A program made the translations under genes and the position numbers. This document shows positions 17,494-28,234 of a DNA stretch of 64,000 bases, one piece after another (position 1 is the first letter of the stretch; the number at the start of each line of letters is the position of its first letter). Source of the DNA: Spirochaetota bacterium (lineage in GTDB: Bacteria; Spirochaetota; Leptospiria; Turneriellales; CBDBES01); assembly GCA_965206985.1 (NCBI GenBank), contig CBDBLF010000009.1, positions 15,498 through 79,497 on the forward strand, written 5' to 3'. Under the pieces are notes generated by a model that was given only the letters and a program-made list of their open reading frames with translations, did no database searches and was not told where the DNA came from.

Positions 17494-18807
17494 TCATTTG
17501 TGTTTCATGCTTTCCCCGTTTGAAGTTGCGGAGTGCAAAAAATTTATAAAGGCTTTATCGTCTCGGGTCATACCTTCAAAAGTTGATATAACCTGTTCTT
17601 CCGGAGTAAGAAGAGCGTATAAAGGGAGGGCGACGGTGCTGAATTTTTTATTTTGGTATTGTTGGTTCTTAATATATTCCGGGCCATTCCCATCTGTATA
17701 TAAACGGACTAAAATAAATTTTTTTCGCATTATGTCTTCAATTTTTCTTTTAGTGAAAATATTTTGTTCCATCCATCGGCAATTAATGCAGGTGTAACCC
17801 GTAAAGTCAATGAATATAAGCTTCTTTTGGCTACGGGCTAAAACTTTAGCATCGGCCAGATGAGTAAGCCAAGGTATACGGGAGGTATATTTTGTATTTC
17901 CATATTCGGGAGGAGGAAGAAAGGCTTCTAATTCACGAGAAGTTTTGCCATCCTTGGCGTAAAATAGATGAACGGCCATCATAAGAGAAAGAATGGCAAG
18001 CAGCAAACGACCAAGAGAAAATCTTCGGTTCAACTCCAGAGGGAAGCGAATTATTTTGAGGAAATAAAGACCTAATGCAATAAAAATGATACTCGAAATA
18101 ATGAGAAATACTGGCCTTGTTATAAGATTTAATTGCCAGACAATATCGGCATTACTAATAAATTTTAAAGCGGCCAGCATTTCTAAAAAACCCATGGTTA
18201 TTTTGGTTGCATACATCCAATCTCCCGAATGAGGTAACTTTTGCATGAATTTTGGAAATAAAGCTAAGAAAATAAAAGGTAAAGAAAAACTTAACCCATA
18301 ACAAAACATACCAATGACGGGAAATAGAATATTTCCCTGGGAAGCACTGACAAGAATTGTACCAACAAAGGGCATCGTGCAGGTAAATGTTGTGAGAGTA
18401 AATATTACAGCCATGGAGAATGTGGAAATTCTTCTTTTTGAAGCTCTTTTTGTTTGAAACTGATTGATAAACTTATGGTTTATTGTGATTTCAAAAAAGC
18501 CAAATAAATTAAGAGCAAACACAATAAAAATTGCTGCAATCAATAAATTTACCCATGGGTTAGCCGCAATTTTGCTGATTTGAGAAGCACCAAAGAAGAC
18601 AGCTGTTACTAAGCCGATGAATGAAAAAGTGACAATGATTCCGGCTGTGTAGATAAATACATCTAAAAGATGTATTTTTTTGTCTTGCTCACTTTTCTTT
18701 GTGAAATACGATACTGTAATAGGAATCATCGGAAATACACATGGAGTTAATAAACTTAAAAATCCAAACCCAAGGGAAATTGCAGCAAAATCAAAAAGTT
18801 CTAACAT
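17494..18807 (-). CDS. DsbD/CcdA-family thiol:disulfide interchange membrane protein with C-terminal thioredoxin-like domain
   Basis: LTPCVFPMIPITVSYF and TFTCTMPFVG TM cysteines. C-terminal FIDFTGYTCINCRWME CxxC. Confidence 0.75.
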   Translation of the reverse strand: MLELFDFAAISLGFGFLSLLTPCVFPMIPITVSYFTKKSEQDKKIHLLDVFIYTAGIIVTFSFIGLVTAVFFGASQISKIAANPWVNLLIAAIFIVFALNLFGFFEITINHKFINQFQTKRASKRRISTFSMAVIFTLTTFTCTMPFVGTILVSASQGNILFPVIGMFCYGLSFSLPFIFLALFPKFMQKLPHSGDWMYATKITMGFLEMLAALKFISNADIVWQLNLITRPVFLIISSIIFIALGLYFLKIIRFPLELNRRFSLGRLLLAILSLMMAVHLFYAKDGKTSRELEAFLPPPEYGNTKYTSRIPWLTHLADAKVLARSQKKLIFIDFTGYTCINCRWMEQNIFTKRKIEDIMRKKFILVRLYTDGNGPEYIKNQQYQNKKFSTVALPLYALLTPEEQVISTFEGMTRDDKAFINFLHSATSNGESMKHK

Positions 18808-18924
18808 TGTTATAATCGTAAAGTCTCACTTATAGTAAGAGAGCAAGGAGAAATTTCCATTTTTAACAAAAAATTATATAAAAAATGTATTGGCAAGCTA
18901 CTAAATAGTTTTTGCATATGTCTT

Positions 18925-19953
18925 ATGCGTATTGTCTCACGTGCCAAGGATGGCTATATTATACTCCTTCTGACGATTAGCGTGTTGATTCTTTGTTTTT
19001 CATCAGCTCAGGTTTTCTTTAGTGCTGCATTTGTGGAGTACAAAACAGCCTCACACCAAGCCAACTACACAAAAGCAAAGTATCTGGCTCAAAGTGGTGT
19101 GGAAGCCGCCTTGGTTTCTCTAAATAAATTAGAAAAGTTTGGCTTTTTTGATAGCCCTGGTCCCAAACCCCTTCCTTTTGGAGGACACACTATTGTCTTT
19201 GAAGTAGAAGACCTTAATGGTAGGCTTAACGTAAATGCCCTGGTTAATATCGGTAAAGTGCTGGAAGAGACGAATGGGCGTCAGCGTGCACGACTCACCC
19301 TTCTTTCAGAGTATCTAAAAATATCTCCCGATATATGGGATGCTGTGATCGACTGGGTTGACCCAAACAACGTTCCTGAGCCGTATGGCTATGAAAGAAC
19401 ACATTATGAATCTTTACAACCTCCCAGAAAAATTAGAAATGGTCACATCCACTCTTTAGAAGAGTTGTTACTCATACCAGGCTTTACTCATAAAGTTTTA
19501 TTTACTGATTTGCGCACCGAAGACGAGAAAAAAGAAATTGAAAATATCTTTAGACTTGAAGAAGAAAATTTAGTGAACGATAGAGATTTCATTCTTGCCA
19601 ATAACCTTACGTATCAGTTATCATCAAGCCCCGACGGTGATAGTTCGGGAGATAGTATCAATATTAATTCGGCACCTTATTTGGTACTTCTATCTATGCA
19701 TGAAAGTATGACGCCAGAAATTGTTAGAGATATACTTCGCAAGCGTAGAGAGAAAAGTAATAAATTAGAGTCAGACGACCTAAAAGATCTCGGTGTCCCC
19801 GAAGAAATGTATAATGGAGTATTAGGCTCGCAATTTATCTATAAAAGCGTGCTGTGTCAAATTAGGGCTAGTGCCATTGTCAACCAACAAATAGCTCAGA
19901 TTACGATTACTTATGACAGAGAAAGGAATGACGTTGTAGATTATGCCGAATAG
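18925..19953 (+). CDS. gspK: Type II secretion system minor pseudopilin GspK
   Basis: N-terminal hydrophobic segment, LNGRLNVNAL, and HhH-like ININSAPYLVLLSM. Followed by L/M/N-like genes. Confidence 0.7.
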   Translation: MRIVSRAKDGYIILLLTISVLILCFSSAQVFFSAAFVEYKTASHQANYTKAKYLAQSGVEAALVSLNKLEKFGFFDSPGPKPLPFGGHTIVFEVEDLNGRLNVNALVNIGKVLEETNGRQRARLTLLSEYLKISPDIWDAVIDWVDPNNVPEPYGYERTHYESLQPPRKIRNGHIHSLEELLLIPGFTHKVLFTDLRTEDEKKEIENIFRLEEENLVNDRDFILANNLTYQLSSSPDGDSSGDSININSAPYLVLLSMHESMTPEIVRDILRKRREKSNKLESDDLKDLGVPEEMYNGVLGSQFIYKSVLCQIRASAIVNQQIAQITITYDRERNDVVDYAE

Positions 19954-19962
19954 CAATTAAAG

Positions 19963-21579
19963 ATGTTACGTTTACCTGTTGTACTGGATATCTCCTACAA
20001 AGCTATTTATGGTTTGAATTTTAAACAAGCCTTTTCTGGGCTATCGTTTGTCGAGGGTTACAGTCTCTCTTTCAGCCAATTAGAGCCAGAAGAGTTTGGT
20101 CAAGGTCTTTTGACCACGTTTATTAAAAGGCATTATCCATATAATACAGGAGTTTATTTTAACCTGCCCTATGAAGCTAGTTTTGTTCGTGAAATTACTG
20201 TCCCTTTTACTGAACAACGAAAAGTTCAAGAGGTCATTAAGTACGAGCTTGAAACCCTCCTACCTTACGCGATGGATGAAGTGATTTTTGACTATTATCG
20301 ATATCCTGACCTTAAAGAAAATAAAACGAGGGTGATTGCGATTGGTTCTGACAAGAGAAATCTTCTCCCTTACCTTGAGATGTTGAGGGAGAATCATATC
20401 ACCGTAGCAGGAATTTATTCACCTCTTGATTCACTTTTTCACCTTTATCGATACACAAATCAAGAGTCGTGTGTTATGTTGCATATTTCGTCAGCATCAT
20501 CCCTTGTGTTAATTGTAAAAGAAGAAGAGTGGTTATTCTCAAGAATCTTACCACTTGGTTATGATAATTTAGTTTCACGATTTGCCGACAAGTGGGAGAA
20601 GAGCTTTGAGGAGAGCGAAAAGTTCTTTTTGAGTTTACCTGTTGTGAATATTGATCAGGGGAACACCGATTATTTGCGGAGACAACTAAAGTGTTCAAAA
20701 TCTCAAATGAAACTATTGACCCAAAGTATTGATGAATTTGGAAGTATTTTGGGAGGAGAGCTTCGTCTAACTTTGAGGTCTATTCCGAACAAGATATACC
20801 AAGAATTAAAACATAAACTTCCTGTTGTTGTAAGTAGTGACCTTAGAAATCAAAGTATTCTTGAAGATATACTTGTGGAGAAGATTGACCATCCAATCGT
20901 TAGCTTTCCCTATGAAAGAACTCCTATGGCAACAATACCTAAAGAGCAGATCCTCAATTTTGGAGCGGTACTAAGTCAAACTTCAAAAGGTCTGCAATTT
21001 CTTAAAAGAGAGCTCAAAGAATACGCTACTCGCGGGCAAACTCTTGGCAAGAGACCTTTTTACACTGCATTCGCAATTGGAATTTTCCTGTTTGCGTTGT
21101 CGTATTTTGTCAACTTTTATGGTGAATTTCAGTTTCTCAAATTTCTTGAAAAAGAGAACCAAAAAACCTATCAAAAATATTTTGGAAAAAATGTTAATAC
21201 GAGTAGCATGGATATTCTTACGAGTGCGAAGACTGAGGTTGACAGGTTGAGAAGAGAAACAGAAGTCTTTAACGTGTTTTTTCGTGATAAAACTTTTTCT
21301 GATGTGATCGTGGAGTTTAATAATTTATTTCCAAGTTTGGGTTTTGTTGAAATTGAGGGGATTACATACACTCCTAAACAAATCACTTTTCATGGCAAAG
21401 CTGAAAGTTCTTCTCTGTTGTCAGACATGGAGACAGCGGCTCAAGAGTCTTCAATATTTAGTTCGATGAATTGTCGGCAACGAACCACTCCTGCCAAAAA
21501 AGGCGGAAAACAATGGAAGTTTCATTGTACTCTAAATTTGAAAGGAAGTGACAACAAAAAAGAAAAGGGGCGTAGGTAG
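19963..21579 (+). CDS. gspL: GspL/PilM-like T2SS assembly protein (actin-like ATPase fold + TM)
   Basis: 538 aa, single TM about aa 365-385, position after gspK. Sequence similarity judged only by architecture. Confidence 0.5.
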   Translation: MLRLPVVLDISYKAIYGLNFKQAFSGLSFVEGYSLSFSQLEPEEFGQGLLTTFIKRHYPYNTGVYFNLPYEASFVREITVPFTEQRKVQEVIKYELETLLPYAMDEVIFDYYRYPDLKENKTRVIAIGSDKRNLLPYLEMLRENHITVAGIYSPLDSLFHLYRYTNQESCVMLHISSASSLVLIVKEEEWLFSRILPLGYDNLVSRFADKWEKSFEESEKFFLSLPVVNIDQGNTDYLRRQLKCSKSQMKLLTQSIDEFGSILGGELRLTLRSIPNKIYQELKHKLPVVVSSDLRNQSILEDILVEKIDHPIVSFPYERTPMATIPKEQILNFGAVLSQTSKGLQFLKRELKEYATRGQTLGKRPFYTAFAIGIFLFALSYFVNFYGEFQFLKFLEKENQKTYQKYFGKNVNTSSMDILTSAKTEVDRLRRETEVFNVFFRDKTFSDVIVEFNNLFPSLGFVEIEGITYTPKQITFHGKAESSSLLSDMETAAQESSIFSSMNCRQRTTPAKKGGKQWKFHCTLNLKGSDNKKEKGRR

Positions 21580-22101
21580 TTGTTTAATATTAAACTTACA
21601 AAAAGAGAACGCAATTTGCTCATTGGGGGGGGGTGCCTTTCTGGATTGGCCATTCTACTCTTTGGAATACACTCAACATTTCGCTGGCTTGATGGTGTCC
21701 AACGTGAAAAAAAACGTGTTTTAGGTGTCCGCCAAGAGATTAGCATGTATGGGCAACAGCATAACTTGCTAAAGAAGCTAGCAGTTGAGGTAAGTAGTCG
21801 ATCAAAAAAACGGGATATTACCCCCATTATTGAGAACCTAATTGAGTCAAATGGCTTAACCAGTAAGGTTCGGAGTATGAATCCATCAAACTCAGTTGTT
21901 GAAAAGAAATATATAAAATATTTAGTGACAATATTTTTGCGCGATGTTTCTGCTGAGGAGTTTCTAACCTTTATAAAGGGTGTTGAAAATTATCAAGGAA
22001 CTTTCCTTAAAATTGATTATTTCAATTCACGGCCTGTTCTGAGAAAACCTGGCTTATATAATTGCCAAATAACAATTGCCACTTTTACAAAGAGAAGTTA
22101 G
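21580..22101 (+). CDS. gspM: GspM-like T2SS protein
   Basis: 173 aa. N-terminal KRERNLLIGGGCLSGLAILLF TM pattern. Abuts gspL (start is adjacent to the gspL stop). Confidence 0.5.
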   Translation: MFNIKLTKRERNLLIGGGCLSGLAILLFGIHSTFRWLDGVQREKKRVLGVRQEISMYGQQHNLLKKLAVEVSSRSKKRDITPIIENLIESNGLTSKVRSMNPSNSVVEKKYIKYLVTIFLRDVSAEEFLTFIKGVENYQGTFLKIDYFNSRPVLRKPGLYNCQITIATFTKRS

Positions 22102-22106
22102 AAAAC

Positions 22107-23027
22107 ATGTCTGATACCAAACCAAAAGAAGCTCCCCTGGTTAGATCTGCCCTTCAAATTAATATTGATGAAGGCTTTCCCAAAGTAGAAGAGCTAGTGG
22201 CTAAAAAAACTATTTGGCAAAAAATTGGTCCATATGTTACAGGCTTTGTGAGTTTTTTGATTGGTCTTATTTTATTTATGCCCATTGATGATTTGGCTCT
22301 TGAGTCAATGGATAAGATAGATTTAGGGGAAGGTCCACCTCAAGTTGATAGTATATCAATATCATTTTGGGGTGGCTTTGAAGTGGGCAACTTTGTATTG
22401 AATTTTCCTGCTAAGAATAATTTGGGATCTCAAGGTCATGGCAAGAATTTTTTGAAGTCAAGCTTGATTGAAGGCAACACTTCTTTTCTAAGTTTTTTTC
22501 TTTTTGACACTTTAGATTCTGAAATAAAGATAAAAAACTTTGCTTTAGATTTTACTTCTGATTTTCTTTTTTCCTTGCGGGGTGAACAACTTCGGATTAT
22601 TTTTGAAGGAGAGGGTCTAAAAAATGGCCTCGCTGTTGGAAATGGAAAGTTGCAGTTAAATGGCGTCGACCTACTAGGAAATTATGATGGTATTGTTCCC
22701 GCTGTGGGAGAAAAGCTCGGTGTTTTTGTGATAAACAATCTCATAGGTGAGGTTCAATTAAGCTCGGGTGTACTTTCCATCAAAGATTTACGCATTGAAT
22801 CAAGCTTGGGAGAATTAAAAGTCAATGGTGTGTTAGGCATATCAAATTCTGCTCAGACAAATCTAATATTAACGATTGAACCATGGGGTTTTATGCGTAA
22901 GTACGCAAAGAATAATATGGAGCCACTTTTGAAAAATATGGGTTACCTATATGATGATGGTAAAATGTTTTATGAGTGTCATGGAGGCTTCTCCAATTGC
23001 AACTTTAGAAAGGCAAATAAACCCTAA
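22107..23027 (+). CDS. gspN: GspN-like T2SS protein
   Basis: Single N-terminal TM and position after gspM. ATG 22107 preferred over the track start 22062, which overlaps gspM. Confidence 0.4.
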   Translation: MSDTKPKEAPLVRSALQINIDEGFPKVEELVAKKTIWQKIGPYVTGFVSFLIGLILFMPIDDLALESMDKIDLGEGPPQVDSISISFWGGFEVGNFVLNFPAKNNLGSQGHGKNFLKSSLIEGNTSFLSFFLFDTLDSEIKIKNFALDFTSDFLFSLRGEQLRIIFEGEGLKNGLAVGNGKLQLNGVDLLGNYDGIVPAVGEKLGVFVINNLIGEVQLSSGVLSIKDLRIESSLGELKVNGVLGISNSAQTNLILTIEPWGFMRKYAKNNMEPLLKNMGYLYDDGKMFYECHGGFSNCNFRKANKP

Positions 23028-23045
23028 ATATGTCCAAAAAATAAG

Positions 23046-23255
23046 ATGAATGAGGAGAAGCAATGCAGCCAACATGGATACTCTAAAGAACATCCTTTGG
23101 TTACTTCTTTTGGTCTCTATTCTGCTTGGAAGTGGTTGGCTCTGCTAACAGGAGTTAGCGTTAAACCCCAAAAAGTTATGTACCGGTGTACCGTTTGTGA
23201 GGAAATATTTGACGAAACAACTGACGAGGAAGTTTTAAATTATTATTATCTATAA
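23046..23255 (+). CDS. Small hypothetical protein
   Basis: 69-aa ORF only; no motif beyond a CTVC pair. Confidence 0.25.
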   Translation: MNEEKQCSQHGYSKEHPLVTSFGLYSAWKWLALLTGVSVKPQKVMYRCTVCEEIFDETTDEEVLNYYYL

Positions 23256-23577
23256 ACACATTTTTCTGAATGAACTTGGTAAGTCAGAGTTAAATTTGAG
23301 CGGTCACTATAATACCCTCCCCCATAAAATGTTACATTGACCTAACGTTGCTTTTTAATGTTAGAAAACAACCTCTTTGCACATTCCAACTGACTTTGTT
23401 TTGTGCGTCGGAGTGCAAAAGGTAGGTGTCAAGCTCACCTACGGAGAACTTCCAATGAGGCTGGCACAAGTGAAAAATTGATTAAGGCTTGCTGGCTTTT
23501 CATTCATAGTATTTTTTTCTAATTTACAAAATTCAATGCAAAAACAAAAATTTTCTTGAAAACAATCATAAACTTGA

Positions 23578-26500
23578 TTGACGGAAGACAGAAACAGTGA
23601 ATTTAGAGTTGTGTCCCAATTGCAAAACTTGAATCCTTTTACTCACCTACACTTACATAGTGTTTACTCTTTGCTTGATGGAGCCATCAGAATTCAAGAT
23701 CTCATCCGACACGTTAAAGCTTTGGGAATGCGCTCTGTTGCTGTAACAGATCACGGTAATATGTTTGGAACCATTGATTTTTACGAAGAAGCCCGCAAGC
23801 ATAATATAAAACCCATCATTGGTTGTGAGTTCTATGTTGCCCCAGGTTCGCGCAAAGAAAAACGAATGGTCGAAAAACTTGCTGATGGTCAGGCCTACCA
23901 TTTAATTTTACTGGCCAAGAATAAGCAAGGCTATAAAAATATGATTCAACTTGCCTCCCGAGCTTACACCGAGGGTTTTTATAGAAAACCACGCATTGAC
24001 TATGAACTCCTATCACGGCACACAGAGGGTTTGGTGTGCCTAACTGCGTGTCTTGCAGGTGAAGTTAATCGTAAATTATATCAAAAAAAAACAAAAGAAG
24101 CTTGGGAGCTATCAGGTCATTTGAACGAGATTTTTGGTAATGGCAACTTTTTTCTCGAAATACAAGATCATGGTATTCCTGAACAAAAGGAGATTGCACG
24201 GGGAGCTCTTGAAATACATAAGAAAACAGGCATCCCTTTGGTTCTTACGAATGATTCACACTTTCTTACAAGACAAGATCAAAAATCTCAGGATATTATG
24301 CTACGTATTCAAATGGGTAAAAAAGAAGAAGACCCCTTGGAGTTTGGCTTTAATGAAGAGTTCTATGTAAAATCTTCTGAAGAGATGAAACTCATCTACC
24401 CTGATATTTCTGAAGCTTATAGCAATACACAAAGAATTGATGAGATGATTGATCTGCAACTTGATTTTGGCCATCCACTTTTGCCCGATTTTAAGACTCC
24501 CCATGGGGAAAGTTTAGCCGATTACCTAGAAATTAAAGTAACCCAAGGTCTCAAAAAACGTTTTAACTATAAGAGTCTACCTGATTCTTATAGCCAACGA
24601 AAAAACTTCGAGTTGAACGTTATACGAAAAATGGGTTACGAAGGATACTTTTTGATTGTGGCTGATTTTATTGATTTTGCCCGTGCTCAACGTATACCCG
24701 TAGGACCAGGAAGAGGTTCGGTGGCAGGCTCTTTGGTTGCCTATGCTCTTGGGATTACCGATGTTGACCCTCTTAAATATGACCTACTTTTTGAAAGATT
24801 TTTAAATCCTTCGAGAAACGAGATGCCCGACATTGATATTGACTTTTGTCGTGACCGCAGAGGAGAAGTGATTCAGTACGTCGTTCAAAAATATGGAGAA
24901 GCTCATGTCTCTCAAATTATAACGTTTGGCACCTTGTCGGCAAAAGCAGTTATTAAAGACGTAGCTCGAGTGCTCGGGTATTCTTTTCAAGATATAAATA
25001 CCATCACAAAAGATATCCCCTATACTCCGGGGACATCTCTACAAGAAGCACTGGATTCAGCACCTGCTGCTAAAAAATTTTTTAACAAGGGAGAAAAAGA
25101 AAAGACATTCTGGAAAGTTGCCTTAGCACTAGAAGGAATTCCTAGAAATCCAGGCAAGCATGCAGCTGGGGTTGTCATAGCTCCACAACCACTTGATGAG
25201 ATCATACCACTTGCTGTTGATAACAGCACCGGGTCGATTGTCTCTCAGTTTGAGAAAAACCCACTTGAGAAGATTGGCTTGGTCAAAATGGATTTTTTAG
25301 GGCTTAAAAATTTAACTATTATTGAAGCAGCTATTCATGAAATCCAAAAAAGACAGGATATTCAAATTGATATCAACAACATCCCTCTTGATGATAAAAA
25401 AGTTTTTTCGCTCTTACAAAAAGGCCAGACAAAAGGTATCTTTCAAGTAGAAAAATCAGGAATTACAAATTTACTTATTCGTGCAAAACCTAACAAGTTT
25501 GATGATATTGTTGCTTGCATTGCCCTTTATCGTCCAGGTCCCTTGCAATCAGGAATGGCTGAAGAATATGTTAAACGAAAAAATGGTGATCTACCTGTGA
25601 TTTATCCAGACCCATGCTTGAAAGATGTTTTGAAAGACACTTTTGGTACAATTGTCTACCAAGAACAGGTAATGCTCATTGCACAAATCATTGCTGGCTT
25701 CACGATGTCAGATGCTGATACCTTAAGAAAAGCTATGGGTAAAAAGAAAAGAGATGTCATGGCTAAAATGAAAGAACTGTTCATAAACGGGGCAAAGTCA
25801 AAAGGCTACACCACAAAATGGAGTTCTGATTTGTTTGATATACTCTCTAAGTTTGGGGAGTATGGTTTCAATAAATCTCACTCAGTAGCTTATGGTCTGA
25901 TTACCTATCAGACAGCTTATCTGAAGGCCAATTATTTGATTGAGTTTTTAAAGGCAACCCTTGATGCTGACATTCAATTTACTGAAAAATTGATTGGTTT
26001 AATCCATGCATGTCGTGAAATGGGAGTTGAAGTTCTACCTCCTGATATTAATCAATCAAATGCACATTTCACAATCATTGATGAGAAAACAATTGGTTTT
26101 GGGCTACTTGGCCTCAAAGGTATGGGAGAAAATATTGTCGATGAAATCATCAAGGAAAGGGGAAATGAACCCTTTCATAGTATACCGGATACTTTTCGGA
26201 GATTATCAATTGATCAATTTAACAAAAAATCACTTGAAGCACTCATCTTATCGGGTAGCCTTGATTGTTTTGGTTTTAGTCGAGCATCTCTCTACCAATC
26301 CACTGAAGAGATATTGCACTTTATTCAACAAGTCAAAAGAGATCAAGAGCAAGGGCAAGAATCTTTGTTTCAGGTGAGTGATTCATCTGACACGAATTTG
26401 CTACAAATCAAAAACAGAGATGAGTGGGAAAACAAAATAAAACTTCAATATGAAAAAAGTATATTAGGTCTCTATTTAACGTCACATCCTTTAGATCAAT

Positions 26501-27138
26501 ATAAAAAAGTGCTTGAAGAAACACGCATCATGCCACTCAATAAAATTGATGATGGTTTAAGCTCTGAAAAAACAATCACCTGCATCGGAGTCATCGAAAA
26601 GGCTAAAACGATTAAATCAAAAAAAGGTATCACATTTCATATCATTACCATCTCCGATTTAAGTGATCGACAAGAAATACGTGTATACAATACTCTATAT
26701 GAGAAAATAAAAACTTTACTATACGAAAACAACGTGCTTATATTTGACTGCAAAGTGAATATTTACAGAGAAAATGATCCTCCAATGATCAATATTGTGG
26801 CGAATCAAGTGTATAAACCGGAAAGTATTATGAACTGGGTTGACAAAAGTTTACACCTTTATTTGACAGCCCACTCAATTGAACAATTACAAGAACGCAT
26901 TCATGAAGTTAAACGGGTTTTACAAAAATATTCAGGTGAAAACCCAGTCTATTTACACTATAAGAATAATCAGAATGAAATACAAGTTGTAAAGGCACAC
27001 CCCAGCTACTATGTACAATATAATGAACATCTGGGTTCTCAAATTAAAATGGCTCTTACCTCAGATGAGCATCTTGCATGGAGGTTGGGCGATACCCTTC
27101 ATATCAAGGATGAGTATATTCCTCTTACATTAGCTTAA
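23578..27138 (+). CDS. dnaE: DNA polymerase III alpha subunit
   Basis: PHP domain HLHLHSVYSLLDG, palm/fingers motifs (GPGRGSVAGSLVAYALGITDVDP, DIDIDF, FNKSHSVAYG), 1,186 aa. TTG start in the track. Confidence 0.95.
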   Translation: MTEDRNSEFRVVSQLQNLNPFTHLHLHSVYSLLDGAIRIQDLIRHVKALGMRSVAVTDHGNMFGTIDFYEEARKHNIKPIIGCEFYVAPGSRKEKRMVEKLADGQAYHLILLAKNKQGYKNMIQLASRAYTEGFYRKPRIDYELLSRHTEGLVCLTACLAGEVNRKLYQKKTKEAWELSGHLNEIFGNGNFFLEIQDHGIPEQKEIARGALEIHKKTGIPLVLTNDSHFLTRQDQKSQDIMLRIQMGKKEEDPLEFGFNEEFYVKSSEEMKLIYPDISEAYSNTQRIDEMIDLQLDFGHPLLPDFKTPHGESLADYLEIKVTQGLKKRFNYKSLPDSYSQRKNFELNVIRKMGYEGYFLIVADFIDFARAQRIPVGPGRGSVAGSLVAYALGITDVDPLKYDLLFERFLNPSRNEMPDIDIDFCRDRRGEVIQYVVQKYGEAHVSQIITFGTLSAKAVIKDVARVLGYSFQDINTITKDIPYTPGTSLQEALDSAPAAKKFFNKGEKEKTFWKVALALEGIPRNPGKHAAGVVIAPQPLDEIIPLAVDNSTGSIVSQFEKNPLEKIGLVKMDFLGLKNLTIIEAAIHEIQKRQDIQIDINNIPLDDKKVFSLLQKGQTKGIFQVEKSGITNLLIRAKPNKFDDIVACIALYRPGPLQSGMAEEYVKRKNGDLPVIYPDPCLKDVLKDTFGTIVYQEQVMLIAQIIAGFTMSDADTLRKAMGKKKRDVMAKMKELFINGAKSKGYTTKWSSDLFDILSKFGEYGFNKSHSVAYGLITYQTAYLKANYLIEFLKATLDADIQFTEKLIGLIHACREMGVEVLPPDINQSNAHFTIIDEKTIGFGLLGLKGMGENIVDEIIKERGNEPFHSIPDTFRRLSIDQFNKKSLEALILSGSLDCFGFSRASLYQSTEEILHFIQQVKRDQEQGQESLFQVSDSSDTNLLQIKNRDEWENKIKLQYEKSILGLYLTSHPLDQYKKVLEETRIMPLNKIDDGLSSEKTITCIGVIEKAKTIKSKKGITFHIITISDLSDRQEIRVYNTLYEKIKTLLYENNVLIFDCKVNIYRENDPPMINIVANQVYKPESIMNWVDKSLHLYLTAHSIEQLQERIHEVKRVLQKYSGENPVYLHYKNNQNEIQVVKAHPSYYVQYNEHLGSQIKMALTSDEHLAWRLGDTLHIKDEYIPLTLA

Positions 27139-27277
27139 AGATTGGATTTATTGGAGTTACTAGGTGATCAAAGATAGGGTACCTGTCTTTAGGTGTTGGT
27201 ATCTATTGATAAGGCTGGGAAAGAACGAAAATATTTAACCTAAAACTAGTCTTTACAACATTATTTCTCAAGAGGAA

Positions 27278-28222
27278 CTAAATAATTAACTCTTTACCTT
27301 TTTTTGAGTCACGGACATATTTTGGAAACATATAGGGAGGTATCATTTGCTTTAATTCTTCCATAATTTTCTTCCCCTTTTGAATGGAAACATTGAAATG
27401 AGATGCCCCTTCGACTTTATCTAATTGATGTAAGTAGTAGGGTTGAATATGATTTCTCATAAGTTCTTTGAATAGATGAGATAATGTATCTGCGTCATCA
27501 TTTATTCTTCTCAACAGTACACTTTGAGAAAACAGAGGGTAACCCATATCATCTAGTTTTTTGAATATCTCAGAACTTTCTTTTGACAATTCAGAATAAT
27601 GATTAATATGAAAAACAAATGCTATTACTTTTGAAGGATATTTTGTTTTGATGCCTTTAAAGGTATCAAAGAACTCTGTTGAAAAACGATGTGGAATACT
27701 TGTCGCTGCTCTCGTATGATATCTCAAAAAAGATATTGTTTTTTCTCTGAGAATTGCCTCGCTGAGTATTAATAGTATCTGATTAGAAAGGACAAAAGGG
27801 TCTCCACCGGAAAAAATAACTTCATTAATTTTGAGGTTTGCCCTTATATATTTTTTTATTTTTTTTAAATGAGTGAAGTCAGTAAGGTTTATTTTAGTTG
27901 CTTTATCGTGAATTGTAATTGTTTTTCTTTTACGAGTGCAGTAACGGCAGTAAATTGGGCAAAGATCAGTTGTTAACAAAAGTAATTTTGACGGATACTT
28001 ATGAATCAGATAAGGTAGTGGGTGTATATCTGCATCTTCTTCTTGTAGGGGATCACTCGCATAATGGGGTTGTCCTTGTAATTCGAGAGTTGAGGGAAAA
28101 AACTGTCTTGCTATTCTCAAAGCATCGGGAAAAGCAGACTTTTTAATTCTTTCAAGAATAAAGTTTGATACTCGAATTCGATATTTCACTGCGAGTTGAT
28201 GATGTATTTTTTTTCTGAACAA
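27278..28222 (-). CDS. KamA-family radical SAM lysine 2,3-aminomutase-like protein (EpmB-like)
   Basis: CPIYCRYCTRKR CxxxCxxC cluster typical of KamA/EpmB, plus the SGGDPF motif. 314 aa. Confidence 0.7.
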   Translation of the reverse strand: MFRKKIHHQLAVKYRIRVSNFILERIKKSAFPDALRIARQFFPSTLELQGQPHYASDPLQEEDADIHPLPYLIHKYPSKLLLLTTDLCPIYCRYCTRKRKTITIHDKATKINLTDFTHLKKIKKYIRANLKINEVIFSGGDPFVLSNQILLILSEAILREKTISFLRYHTRAATSIPHRFSTEFFDTFKGIKTKYPSKVIAFVFHINHYSELSKESSEIFKKLDDMGYPLFSQSVLLRRINDDADTLSHLFKELMRNHIQPYYLHQLDKVEGASHFNVSIQKGKKIMEELKQMIPPYMFPKYVRDSKKGKELII

Positions 28223-28234
28223 GGGTACTTCCCA

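Noticed and set aside
18808-18924. Sigma-54-type promoter upstream of gspK (ttggca...ttgca)
   Set aside because: The spacing between the GG and GC elements is far from the required 10 nt.
23256-23577. 320-bp leader upstream of dnaE with hairpins (e.g. GTAGGTG-N7-CACCTAC about 23430); candidate small RNA or riboswitch
   Set aside because: By eye I could not match it to SRP RNA, 6S, tmRNA, RNase P or a known riboswitch core. It needs a covariance-model scan (Rfam/Infernal) before any call.
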